DNA of 38,107 nucleotides from assembly GCA_030146285.1 (NCBI GenBank), contig JASLBZ010000094.1:1-38107 (forward strand), in the 5' to 3' direction. The stretch is from Neisseriaceae bacterium. GTDB lineage: Bacteria; Pseudomonadota; Gammaproteobacteria; Burkholderiales; Neisseriaceae. The translations under genes were made by a program, and so were the position numbers. Below, one piece after another: positions 26,069 to 33,609 of the stretch (its first letter is position 1; the number at the start of each line of letters is the position of its first letter). Below the pieces are notes generated by a model. It searched no databases, was not told the origin of the DNA, and was given only the letters and a program-made list of their open reading frames with translations.

Positions 26069-26560
26069 ATGAAAAAGAAGGCGTTATTTGCCATCATTTT
26101 GGTCGCATTGATTGCGTTGGTGGTGGTGTCATTTCAATCACAAAAGCAGCCGGCATTTGCTTTTAGTTTATCGGATTTGAATGGCAAAGCCATTAGCCAA
26201 GAAGACTTAAAAGGCAAAGTGACTTTGATTAACTTTTGGTATCCTTCATGCCCAGGTTGCATTAAAGAAATGCCTCTTTTGATTGAAACCCAGAAGAAAT
26301 TTGATAATACAGATTACCAAACATTTGCCATTTCCATGAATTACAATTCTTTGGAAGAGGTTGAAAACTATGTTGAGCAATATGGTTTACCGTTCACGGT
26401 AATGTACGACAAAGACAACGCTGTGTCTGATTTGTATGGTGTGAAATTGGCACCGAACTCGTTTATTGTCGACAAACAAGGCAATGTGATTAAGTCATAT
26501 TTGGGCGAGCCCAATTGGCAAGAATTACACAAACTGATCCAATCTGAATTGGAAAAATAA
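26069..26560 (+). CDS. Membrane-anchored TlpA/ResA-like thiol:disulfide oxidoreductase (thioredoxin fold)
   Basis: 163 aa. N-terminal TM anchor and the redox motif WYPSCPGC in a redoxin/AhpC-TSA-like context (LKGKVTLINFW...). Confidence 0.8.
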   Translation: MKKKALFAIILVALIALVVVSFQSQKQPAFAFSLSDLNGKAISQEDLKGKVTLINFWYPSCPGCIKEMPLLIETQKKFDNTDYQTFAISMNYNSLEEVENYVEQYGLPFTVMYDKDNAVSDLYGVKLAPNSFIVDKQGNVIKSYLGEPNWQELHKLIQSELEK

Positions 26561-26575
26561 GTAAGATTTTTCAAT

Positions 26576-26601
26576 AAAAAGCGCTCCGATGGGCGCTTTT
26601 T
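26576..26601 (+). terminator. Rho-independent terminator after the tlpA-like gene
   Basis: aaaaagcgctc-cgat-gggcgcttttt followed by a T-rich tract. It is the first strong hairpin after the start of the mla operon at 21158. Confidence 0.75.
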
Positions 26602-26691
26602 ATTATTTTCAAATAAACGGCTTTATTGTCAGTGAGCCTAGGCAATAAAACGATTATAATCATGTATAAATTTATTAGTGTTGGAAATTTC

Positions 26692-28761
26692 ATGACTGAG
26701 CAAACTCGTAAGATTTTAGTAACAAGTGCACTTCCTTATGCCAATGGCAGCATTCATTTGGGTCATATGGTGGAGCATATTCAAACCGATATTTGGGTAC
26801 GCTTTCAAAAAATGCGTGGCCATGAATGTTATTATGTGTGTGCGGATGATACGCATGGCACACCAGTGATGTTGGCAGCGCAAAAAAAAGGCATGACACC
26901 AGAAGCCATGATTGATGCGGTTCAAAAAGAACACATGGCCGATTTTGCTGGTTTCAATATTGGCTACGACAATTATTACACCACGCATTCAAAAGAAAAC
27001 TTACAGTTTGCCCAAGAGATTTACACCCAATTAAAAGCCAATGACAAAATCACCACGCGTGTGATTAATCAATTGTTCGACCCAGAAAAAGAAATGTTCT
27101 TGCCAGATCGTTTTGTTAAAGGCGAGTGCCCTAAATGCCACGCCAAAGACCAATATGGCGATAACTGTGAAGTGTGTGGTGCAACGTACAGCCCAACTGA
27201 GATGATTAACCCCGTGTCTACTGTTTCAGGTGCAACACCTGTGATGAAAGAAAGTGAACATTACTTCTTCCGTTTGAGTGAATGCGGTGACTTCTTAGAA
27301 GATTGGGTCAATGGCAGCACCACATTGGCCGATGGCTCAGTGCAAGAGCATTTGCAAAGCCAAGCGCGCAATAAAATGAAAGAGTGGGTTGAAGGCGGCT
27401 TGCAAGATTGGGATATTTCCCGCGATGCGCCTTATTTTGGTTTTGAAATTCCAGATGCACCAGGCAAGTATTTTTATGTTTGGTTGGACGCGCCAATCGG
27501 TTACATGGCTTCATTTAAAAACCTATGTGATCGCATTGGCATCGATTTTGATGAGTATTTCAAAGCCGATAGCAGCACGGAAATGTACCATTTTGTTGGC
27601 AAAGATATTTTGTATTTCCATTCTTTGTTCTGGCCTGCGACTTTGAAATTTGCGGGTTTGCGCACACCAACAGCCGTTTTTGCGCATGGTTTCTTAACCG
27701 TTGATGGCCAAAAAATGTCTAAATCACGTGGCACGTTTATCACGGCTCGTTCTTACTTGGATGTGGGTTTGAATCCAGAGTGGATGCGTTACTACATTGC
27801 TGCGAAACTAAACAGCCGCATTGAAGACATTGATTTGAACTTACAAGACTTCATAACCCGTGTGAACAGCGATTTGGTGGGCAAATATGTGAATATTGCT
27901 GCCCGTGCAGCTGGTTTTATCCAAAAACGTTTTGATGGCAAACTATTAAACGTTGCTAACAGCAAACTGTTACAAGGTTTACAAAGCAAAGCCGATGCCA
28001 TTGCCAAAGATTACGATGAGCGTGATTATGGTAAGGCACTGCGTGAAGTCATGGCTTTGGCGGATGGCGTGAATGAATATGTGGATGCCAATAAACCTTG
28101 GGAGTTGGCAAAACAAGAAGGACAAGAAGCGCGCTTGCATGAAGTGTGCAGTGAACTGATCAATGCGTTTAAAGTGTTGAGCGTTTACTTGGCGCCGGTT
28201 TTACCTGAAGTGGCAAACAAAGTCGCTGCTTTCTTAAACATTGATGCGCTGACTTGGGCAGATGCCAAAACCACATTGGGTGAGCATAGCATTAACAAAT
28301 ACGAGCACATGATGCAACGCATTGAACCGACAAAAGTCGATGAATTGATTGAGAAAAACAAAGAAAGCATTGCTGCCAATCAAGCCTTAGAAGAAAAAGC
28401 GGCCAAAGCGGCTAATTTTGAGCCTGTGGCACCTGAGTGTAGCTTTGACGACTTTATGAAAATCGACTTGCGTGTGGCCAAAGTCTTGAACTGCGAAAAA
28501 GTAGAAGGCAGTAGTAAGCTTTTGAAATTCCGCTTAGACGTTGGTTTTGAAGAGCGTACAATTTTCTCTGGTATCGCTGCAAGCTACCCAGAACCTGAAA
28601 AATTAATCGGTCGTATGGTGATTTGTGTGGCGAACTTTGCACCGCGCAAAATGGCCAAATTCGGTATGTCTGAAGGCATGATTACATCGGCGGCAGGCGA
28701 GAGCCAATTGTTCTTGCTAGACGTTGATACAGGTGCAACACCAGGCATGAAAGTGGGCTAA
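26692..28761 (+). CDS. metG: Methionyl-tRNA synthetase MetG (with the C-terminal tRNA-binding EMAP/Trbp111-like domain)
   Basis: From ATG 26692: [25 protein letters not shown] (HIGH motif), the Zn knuckle CPKC...CEVCG, KMSKS, and the C-terminal DLRVAKV...EGSSKLL domain. It is colinear with E. coli MetG. The track ORF start at 26626 is an upstream in-frame extension. Confidence 0.95.
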   Translation: MTEQTRKILVTSALPYANGSIHLGHMVEHIQTDIWVRFQKMRGHECYYVCADDTHGTPVMLAAQKKGMTPEAMIDAVQKEHMADFAGFNIGYDNYYTTHSKENLQFAQEIYTQLKANDKITTRVINQLFDPEKEMFLPDRFVKGECPKCHAKDQYGDNCEVCGATYSPTEMINPVSTVSGATPVMKESEHYFFRLSECGDFLEDWVNGSTTLADGSVQEHLQSQARNKMKEWVEGGLQDWDISRDAPYFGFEIPDAPGKYFYVWLDAPIGYMASFKNLCDRIGIDFDEYFKADSSTEMYHFVGKDILYFHSLFWPATLKFAGLRTPTAVFAHGFLTVDGQKMSKSRGTFITARSYLDVGLNPEWMRYYIAAKLNSRIEDIDLNLQDFITRVNSDLVGKYVNIAARAAGFIQKRFDGKLLNVANSKLLQGLQSKADAIAKDYDERDYGKALREVMALADGVNEYVDANKPWELAKQEGQEARLHEVCSELINAFKVLSVYLAPVLPEVANKVAAFLNIDALTWADAKTTLGEHSINKYEHMMQRIEPTKVDELIEKNKESIAANQALEEKAAKAANFEPVAPECSFDDFMKIDLRVAKVLNCEKVEGSSKLLKFRLDVGFEERTIFSGIAASYPEPEKLIGRMVICVANFAPRKMAKFGMSEGMITSAAGESQLFLLDVDTGATPGMKVG

Positions 28762-28784
28762 ACCTCCATCGATGTTGTGAATAA

Positions 28785-28811
28785 AGGCAGCCTGAAGTTT
28801 TCAGGCTGCCT
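28785..28811. terminator. Inverted pair of DNA uptake sequences (AGGCAGCCTGAA / TTCAGGCTGCCT) forming a bidirectional terminator
   Basis: aggcagcctgaa (28785-28796), spacer gtt, ttcaggctgcct (28800-28811), flanked by aaa and ttgtttt. It lies between the convergent metG stop (28761) and the enoyl-CoA hydratase stop (28830). Confidence 0.85.
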
Positions 28812-28829
28812 TTGTTTTGGATGACAGGT

Positions 28830-29636
28830 TCACTTTCCTTGCCAAACGGGTGTACGCTTTTCGATAAACGCATCTATTCCTTCTTTGGCATCAAGAGTCA
28901 TGACATTGTGTGCCATCACATTGACTGCTTCGGTATAAGCGTCGGCCATGCTTAATTCAAGTTGTTGGTAAAACAGGCCTTTGCCATATCGAATGGCCAA
29001 AGGTGCTTTACTGGCAATTTTTTGTGCCAAATCCAATGTTTTTTCTTGTAAATCTGAATGGGGCACGGCATGGTTAATCAAGCCCATTTGCTCGGCTGTT
29101 TTGGCATCGATAAACTCTCCTGTGCTCATGATTTCAAAAGCCTTTTTGCGTCCCACATTGCGAGACAATGCCACGGTTGGCGTGGCGCAAAATAAACCAA
29201 CATTAATGCCAGACAAAGCAAAACTGGCATCATGACTGGCCATGGCCAAATCACACATGGCCACCAATTGACAGCCTGCTGCGGTGGCAATGCCTTGTAC
29301 TTGGGCAATAATGGGCTGAGGCAGTTGGATTAACTTCATCATCAACTGGCTGCACAAGGCAAACAGGTTTTTTTGCAGCTCAAAAGTATGGTTGGCACGC
29401 ATCTCTTTCAGGTGATGGCCGGCACAAAAAGCCTTTCCTGCAGCCGCCAAAATCACCACGCGAATGGTGTCATCTTGTAAGATAGCGTCCAATTCGTGCA
29501 TGAGGGCAAGAATCATCTTTTCAGACAGGGCATTGAACTGTTGTGGTCGATTTAACGTTAAGGTTGTAATGTGCTCATGGGTGTGGCTTAGCACATAAGG
29601 GCTATTGTCTATCATGTTTTCTCCTAAATAAACCAT
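28830..29636 (-). CDS. Enoyl-CoA hydratase/isomerase (crotonase) family protein
   Basis: 268 aa. Crotonase oxyanion-hole motifs (AAGKAFCAGHHLKEM, QGIATAAGCQLVAMCD). Confidence 0.85.
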   Translation of the reverse strand: MVYLGENMIDNSPYVLSHTHEHITTLTLNRPQQFNALSEKMILALMHELDAILQDDTIRVVILAAAGKAFCAGHHLKEMRANHTFELQKNLFALCSQLMMKLIQLPQPIIAQVQGIATAAGCQLVAMCDLAMASHDASFALSGINVGLFCATPTVALSRNVGRKKAFEIMSTGEFIDAKTAEQMGLINHAVPHSDLQEKTLDLAQKIASKAPLAIRYGKGLFYQQLELSMADAYTEAVNVMAHNVMTLDAKEGIDAFIEKRTPVWQGK

Positions 29637-29795
29637 TGTCTTTTTGGGTATGCTAACAGACTATTGCGATGGTTTGGCAGGAACTTGAAAAGCAAAAGCG
29701 TGGTGCTGTTGTCAATATGGTAAAATAGCGATGATTGCTAGGAAAGTTGCGGATACTGTTTTATCATGAAATGTATAAAATAAAGGAGATGCGGC

Positions 29796-30059
29796 ATGAC
29801 ACCGAATGATAATAATCCTTTTGCACTGTGGCAGCAGTTTTGGCAAAGCTCAAATCCACAAATGGCGGCTTTTATGCCACCAATGACGCTAGAAGAAGTG
29901 CAAAAGAAAATCACTGAATTGCAAAGTGTTGAGATCTGGTTGAATTTCAATTTGCAAGCTGTCCAAACGCAATTGATGTTGCTTGAACAGCAAAAAGTTT
30001 TTTTTGAATCGATGCAAGAACAATCACAAGCAACACAGCCAAACGAAGACACACTTTAA
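29796..30059 (+). CDS. Small PhaM-like protein (N-terminal coiled-coil module only)
   Basis: 87 aa. NPFALWQQFW...PPMTLEEVQKKITELQSVEIWLNFNLQAVQTQLMLLEQQK resembles the P-x-LD-x-EEL-x-K-x-I-x-DLK-x-VE-x-WL-x-x-N pattern of betaproteobacterial proteins annotated as PhaM family. This is from memory, not a database search. Confidence 0.45.
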   Translation: MTPNDNNPFALWQQFWQSSNPQMAAFMPPMTLEEVQKKITELQSVEIWLNFNLQAVQTQLMLLEQQKVFFESMQEQSQATQPNEDTL

Positions 30060-30072
30060 TTGACGATCAAAT

Positions 30073-30094
30073 AACGGGCTTTGTGCCCGTTTTC
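30073..30094 (+). terminator. Terminator-like hairpin between the PhaM-like gene and dnaE
   Basis: acgggc-tttgt-gcccgt followed by tttt. It sits 14 nt after the upstream stop and about 14 nt before the dnaE ATG. Confidence 0.55.
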
Positions 30095-30107
30095 CCATTG
30101 AGTACCC

Positions 30108-33100
30108 ATGACCGAAGCCCAATACATTCCATTACGACTGCATACAGAATTTTCCATTGAAGATGGCATTGTGCGCATCAAAGATGCAGTGAAATTTGCC
30201 ACTGCCCATCACATTCCTGCTTTAGGCATCAGTGATTTGATGAATGTATTTGCGATGGTTAAATTTTACAAAACCTGTCGCTCTAATGGCATTAAGCCCA
30301 TTATTGCCATTGATGTGTTTGTTGAAAATGAAATCAAGCCTGAGCATCCGCATCGATTGATGCTGATTGCCAAAAATCACTCGGGCTATTTGCGTATTTG
30401 TGAATTGCTCACCGAAGCTTATGTGAATGATGAACGCAGCCGCATGCGTGCTCAGTTAAAAAAATCATGGTTGCGCGATGGTGACAACAGCGGTTTGATT
30501 TGTTTGTCGGGGGCACATTTGGGTGCTATTGGGCAGGCATTGCTCAATGAACAAGAGGCATTGGCCAAAGAAACAGCGTTGGAATATGCTGCTTTGTTTC
30601 CCAATCAATTTTATCTGGAATTGCAAAGGCTGCCTGAAAAGCCAGAATATGAGGTTTGCGTACAAGGCAGCCTGAAACTGGCGTTGGAATTGGATTTGCC
30701 AGTGGTTGCAACTCACCCAACACAGTTTTTGGCAGCAGATGATTTCCAAGCCCACGAGGCGCGAGTGTGCATCGCCTCGGGCTATGTATTGGCAGACAAG
30801 CGCCGCCCTCTAAACTTTGTGCCAAGCCAGTATTTTGCCACACCGGATATGATGTGTGAGCGCTTTAAAGATATTCCAGAAGCGTTACTTAATACCACTG
30901 AGATTGCCAAGCGCTGTAACTTGAGTGTGACTTTGGGCAAAAACTATTTGCCTGATTTTCCAACACCCAATGGCATGGATTTGAATGATTATTTGGCCTA
31001 TTCTTCCAATGAAGGTTTGGCTGAACGCATGGCGGTTTTGTACCCTGATGAATCAATTCGCCAAAGCAAATACCCAGAATACCAAGCGCGTTTGGATTTT
31101 GAGTTAAATACCATTATTCAGATGGGTTTTCCAGGTTACTTCTTAATCGTTGCCGATTTTATTAACTGGGCCAAAGCCAATGGCTGCCCAGTAGGGCCTG
31201 GTCGGGGTTCGGGTGCAGGTTCTTTGGTGGCGTATGCGCTGAAAATTACAGATTTGGATCCGCTGCAATATGCGCTGCTATTTGAGCGCTTCTTGAATCC
31301 TGAGCGGGTTTCCATGCCTGACTTTGATATTGACTTTTGCCAAGAAAACCGTGGCCGCGTGATTCAATATGTGCGTCAAAAATATGGTGTGGCTGCTGTG
31401 AGTCAAATTGTGACGTTTGGCACCTTGTCATCCAAAGCGGTGGTGCGTGACGTGGGTCGGGTTTTGGACTTGCCATTTTTCTTATGCGATCGTTTATCCA
31501 AACTGATTCCAGTTGAAACCAACAAACCATTAAGCTTGGCCAAAGCCATGGAAGCTGAACCGCAAATCAATGAGTTGCTGGTGGCCGAAGAAGCAGAAGA
31601 ATTAATGGTTTTGGCACAAAAGCTAGAAGACTTAACCCGTGGTTTGGGTATGCATGCGGGTGGTGTGTTGATTGCACCGGGCAAGCTAACGGACTTTTGT
31701 CCTGTGTACCAAGCCAGCGCTGAAGATGCCTCTCCCGTATCCATGTTCGACAAAGATGACGTGGAACAAATTGGGTTGGTGAAGTTTGACTTTTTGGGGC
31801 TTCGTAACTTAACCATTATTGAATTGGCACAAAAATACATTGCTGAGGTAAATCAAGAGCATGTCAATGTCGAACACATTCCATTGGATGATGCTTTGGC
31901 ATACAAGGTTTTCTCTAGCGGCAATACCACTGCGGTATTCCAGTTTGAGTCTGCTGGCATGAAACGCATGTTGGTTGAAGCCAAACCAACGCAGTTTGAG
32001 GAGATTATTGCGTTCGTGGCCTTGTATCGTCCAGGACCAATGGATTTGATCCCTGACTTTACGCGACGCATGCATGGTGAAAAATTTGAATACTTACATC
32101 CATTGCTTGAAGAAGTTTTGCGCCCAACCTATGGTGTGATGGTATACCAAGAACAGGTGATGCAAGCTGCACAGGTTTGTGGCGGTTACTCACTAGGCGG
32201 TGCCGACTTGTTGCGCCGTGCCATGGGTAAGAAAAAACTCGAAGAGATGGTCCAGCAACGTGCGACGTTTGTGGCCGGTGCTGCGACCAAAGACATTGAT
32301 GCAGCCAAAGCCAATGAAATTTTTGATTACATGGAAAAATTTGCGGGCTACGGTTTTAATAAATCGCATGCTGCCGCATATGCTTTGGTTGCCTACCAAA
32401 CGGCTTGGTTAAAAGCGCATTATCCTGCTGAATTTATGGCCGCGACTATGTCTAGTGAACTGGACAATACCGACCAATTAAAAGTCTTTTTTGATGATGC
32501 TCGTGACAATGGCATCGACTTTTTACCGCCATCCGTCAACCATTCTTTTTACCGCTTTAAGCCTCAAGCTGGCAAGAAAATTCGCTATGCTTTGGGTGCG
32601 ATAAAAGGCACAGGTGAAGCGGCGGTTAATGCCATTGTGGCTGCCCGTGAAGCGGGAGGTGACTTCACCAGCTTGATTGATTTTTGTGAGCGAGTAGGCA
32701 AGCAATATTTGAACAAACGCACCATTGAGGCATTGATTCGCGCTGGTGCTTTTGATGAATTAGAGCCAAATCGCGCCATGTTATTGGGTAATGTGGGCTT
32801 GGCTGTGGACAATGCCGAGCAAAAATTGGCCAATGCCAACCAAGGTGGTTTGTTTGACTTTGATGATACTGCGATTGAACCATTGCAAATGGTAGAGGTG
32901 CTGGCTTGGGGTGAGTCTGAAAAGCTCAAAGAAGAAAAACAAGCGATGGGGTTTTATTATTCAGGGCATCCTTTTGCGCCCTACGCCAAAGAAGTGAGAA
33001 GTTTTGCCAAAAAACCATTGGATTCTTTGGCAGCCGCCGATCATACGCAGTGGGTTGCTGGTTTCGTGACCAGCATTCGAACGATTATGGGGCGCCGTGG

Positions 33101-33542
33101 CAAAATGGCGATTGTCTTATTGGAAGATGAAACCGCCAAAGTAGAAGTGGTGGTGGCAGGCAAGGTATATGCTGAATTAGCACACTTATTAAAAGCCGAC
33201 CAAGTTTTGTTGTTTGATGCCAAAGTGGCCAAAGACGAATATGGCGGAGGTTCAGGTGTGCGTGTGAGTGTGAACAGCATTTATACTTTAGCGCAAGCGC
33301 GAGAGACGTTTACCAGAAGCTTAAGTTTGACGCTGACGCACCAACATGATGTTGCGGCATTGGCCAATGTATTAAGCCAATACCAAGAAGGGCAGCGTGT
33401 GCCTGTGCAATTGCATTATATCGGGCCAGAAGTCAAAGCAAGCATGAGGTTGCCTGCGAAGTGGCAAGTGAATGTTGCTGAGGCTTTATTGTTGGATTTA
33501 GAAGGTTTATTGCACAGCAATAATGTGCAATTGAACTGGTAA
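30108..33542 (+). CDS. dnaE: DNA polymerase III alpha subunit DnaE
   Basis: 1144 aa. PHP domain (LRLHTEFSIEDG), the polymerase core (PDFDIDF, GLVKFDFLGLRNLT, FNKSHAAAYA), and an OB fold toward the C-terminus. Confidence 0.96.
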   Translation: MTEAQYIPLRLHTEFSIEDGIVRIKDAVKFATAHHIPALGISDLMNVFAMVKFYKTCRSNGIKPIIAIDVFVENEIKPEHPHRLMLIAKNHSGYLRICELLTEAYVNDERSRMRAQLKKSWLRDGDNSGLICLSGAHLGAIGQALLNEQEALAKETALEYAALFPNQFYLELQRLPEKPEYEVCVQGSLKLALELDLPVVATHPTQFLAADDFQAHEARVCIASGYVLADKRRPLNFVPSQYFATPDMMCERFKDIPEALLNTTEIAKRCNLSVTLGKNYLPDFPTPNGMDLNDYLAYSSNEGLAERMAVLYPDESIRQSKYPEYQARLDFELNTIIQMGFPGYFLIVADFINWAKANGCPVGPGRGSGAGSLVAYALKITDLDPLQYALLFERFLNPERVSMPDFDIDFCQENRGRVIQYVRQKYGVAAVSQIVTFGTLSSKAVVRDVGRVLDLPFFLCDRLSKLIPVETNKPLSLAKAMEAEPQINELLVAEEAEELMVLAQKLEDLTRGLGMHAGGVLIAPGKLTDFCPVYQASAEDASPVSMFDKDDVEQIGLVKFDFLGLRNLTIIELAQKYIAEVNQEHVNVEHIPLDDALAYKVFSSGNTTAVFQFESAGMKRMLVEAKPTQFEEIIAFVALYRPGPMDLIPDFTRRMHGEKFEYLHPLLEEVLRPTYGVMVYQEQVMQAAQVCGGYSLGGADLLRRAMGKKKLEEMVQQRATFVAGAATKDIDAAKANEIFDYMEKFAGYGFNKSHAAAYALVAYQTAWLKAHYPAEFMAATMSSELDNTDQLKVFFDDARDNGIDFLPPSVNHSFYRFKPQAGKKIRYALGAIKGTGEAAVNAIVAAREAGGDFTSLIDFCERVGKQYLNKRTIEALIRAGAFDELEPNRAMLLGNVGLAVDNAEQKLANANQGGLFDFDDTAIEPLQMVEVLAWGESEKLKEEKQAMGFYYSGHPFAPYAKEVRSFAKKPLDSLAAADHTQWVAGFVTSIRTIMGRRGKMAIVLLEDETAKVEVVVAGKVYAELAHLLKADQVLLFDAKVAKDEYGGGSGVRVSVNSIYTLAQARETFTRSLSLTLTHQHDVAALANVLSQYQEGQRVPVQLHYIGPEVKASMRLPAKWQVNVAEALLLDLEGLLHSNNVQLNW
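30627..30638 (+). repeat. DUS variant copy (AGGCTGCCTGAA, identical to the AG-simDUS dialect) inside dnaE
   Basis: aggctgcctgaa read directly from the sequence, 27 nt upstream of the next copy. Confidence 0.7.
30665..30676 (+). repeat. DUS copy (perfect AGGCAGCCTGAA) inside dnaE
   Basis: aggcagcctgaa read directly from the sequence. Confidence 0.8.
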
Positions 33543-33561
33543 TATTTTCAAGTAAAAAAAG

Positions 33562-33588
33562 AGGCAGCCTGATATGTTCAGGCTGCCT
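33562..33588. terminator. Second inverted DUS pair forming a bidirectional terminator (left arm 11/12)
   Basis: aggcagcctgaT (33562-33573), spacer atg, ttcaggctgcct (33577-33588), flanked by aaaaaaag and cttttaa. It lies between the convergent dnaE stop (33542) and the nhaP2 stop (33610). Confidence 0.85.
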
Positions 33589-33609
33589 CTTTTAATGTTC
33601 ATGATTGGA

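Noticed and set aside
26655-26660. A TATAAT hexamer 32 nt upstream of the metG start, as a promoter -10 element.
   Set aside because: There is no acceptable -35 element at 16-18 bp spacing (TTGTCA lies 23 nt away). In AT-rich spacers such hexamers are common, so the support is too weak to call a promoter.
26626-26691. An upstream in-frame extension of metG (the track start at 26626).
   Set aside because: The canonical MetG N-terminus (MT.....KILVT.ALPYANG) begins at ATG 26692. The extension adds 22 non-conserved residues and begins only about 25 nt after the preceding terminator.
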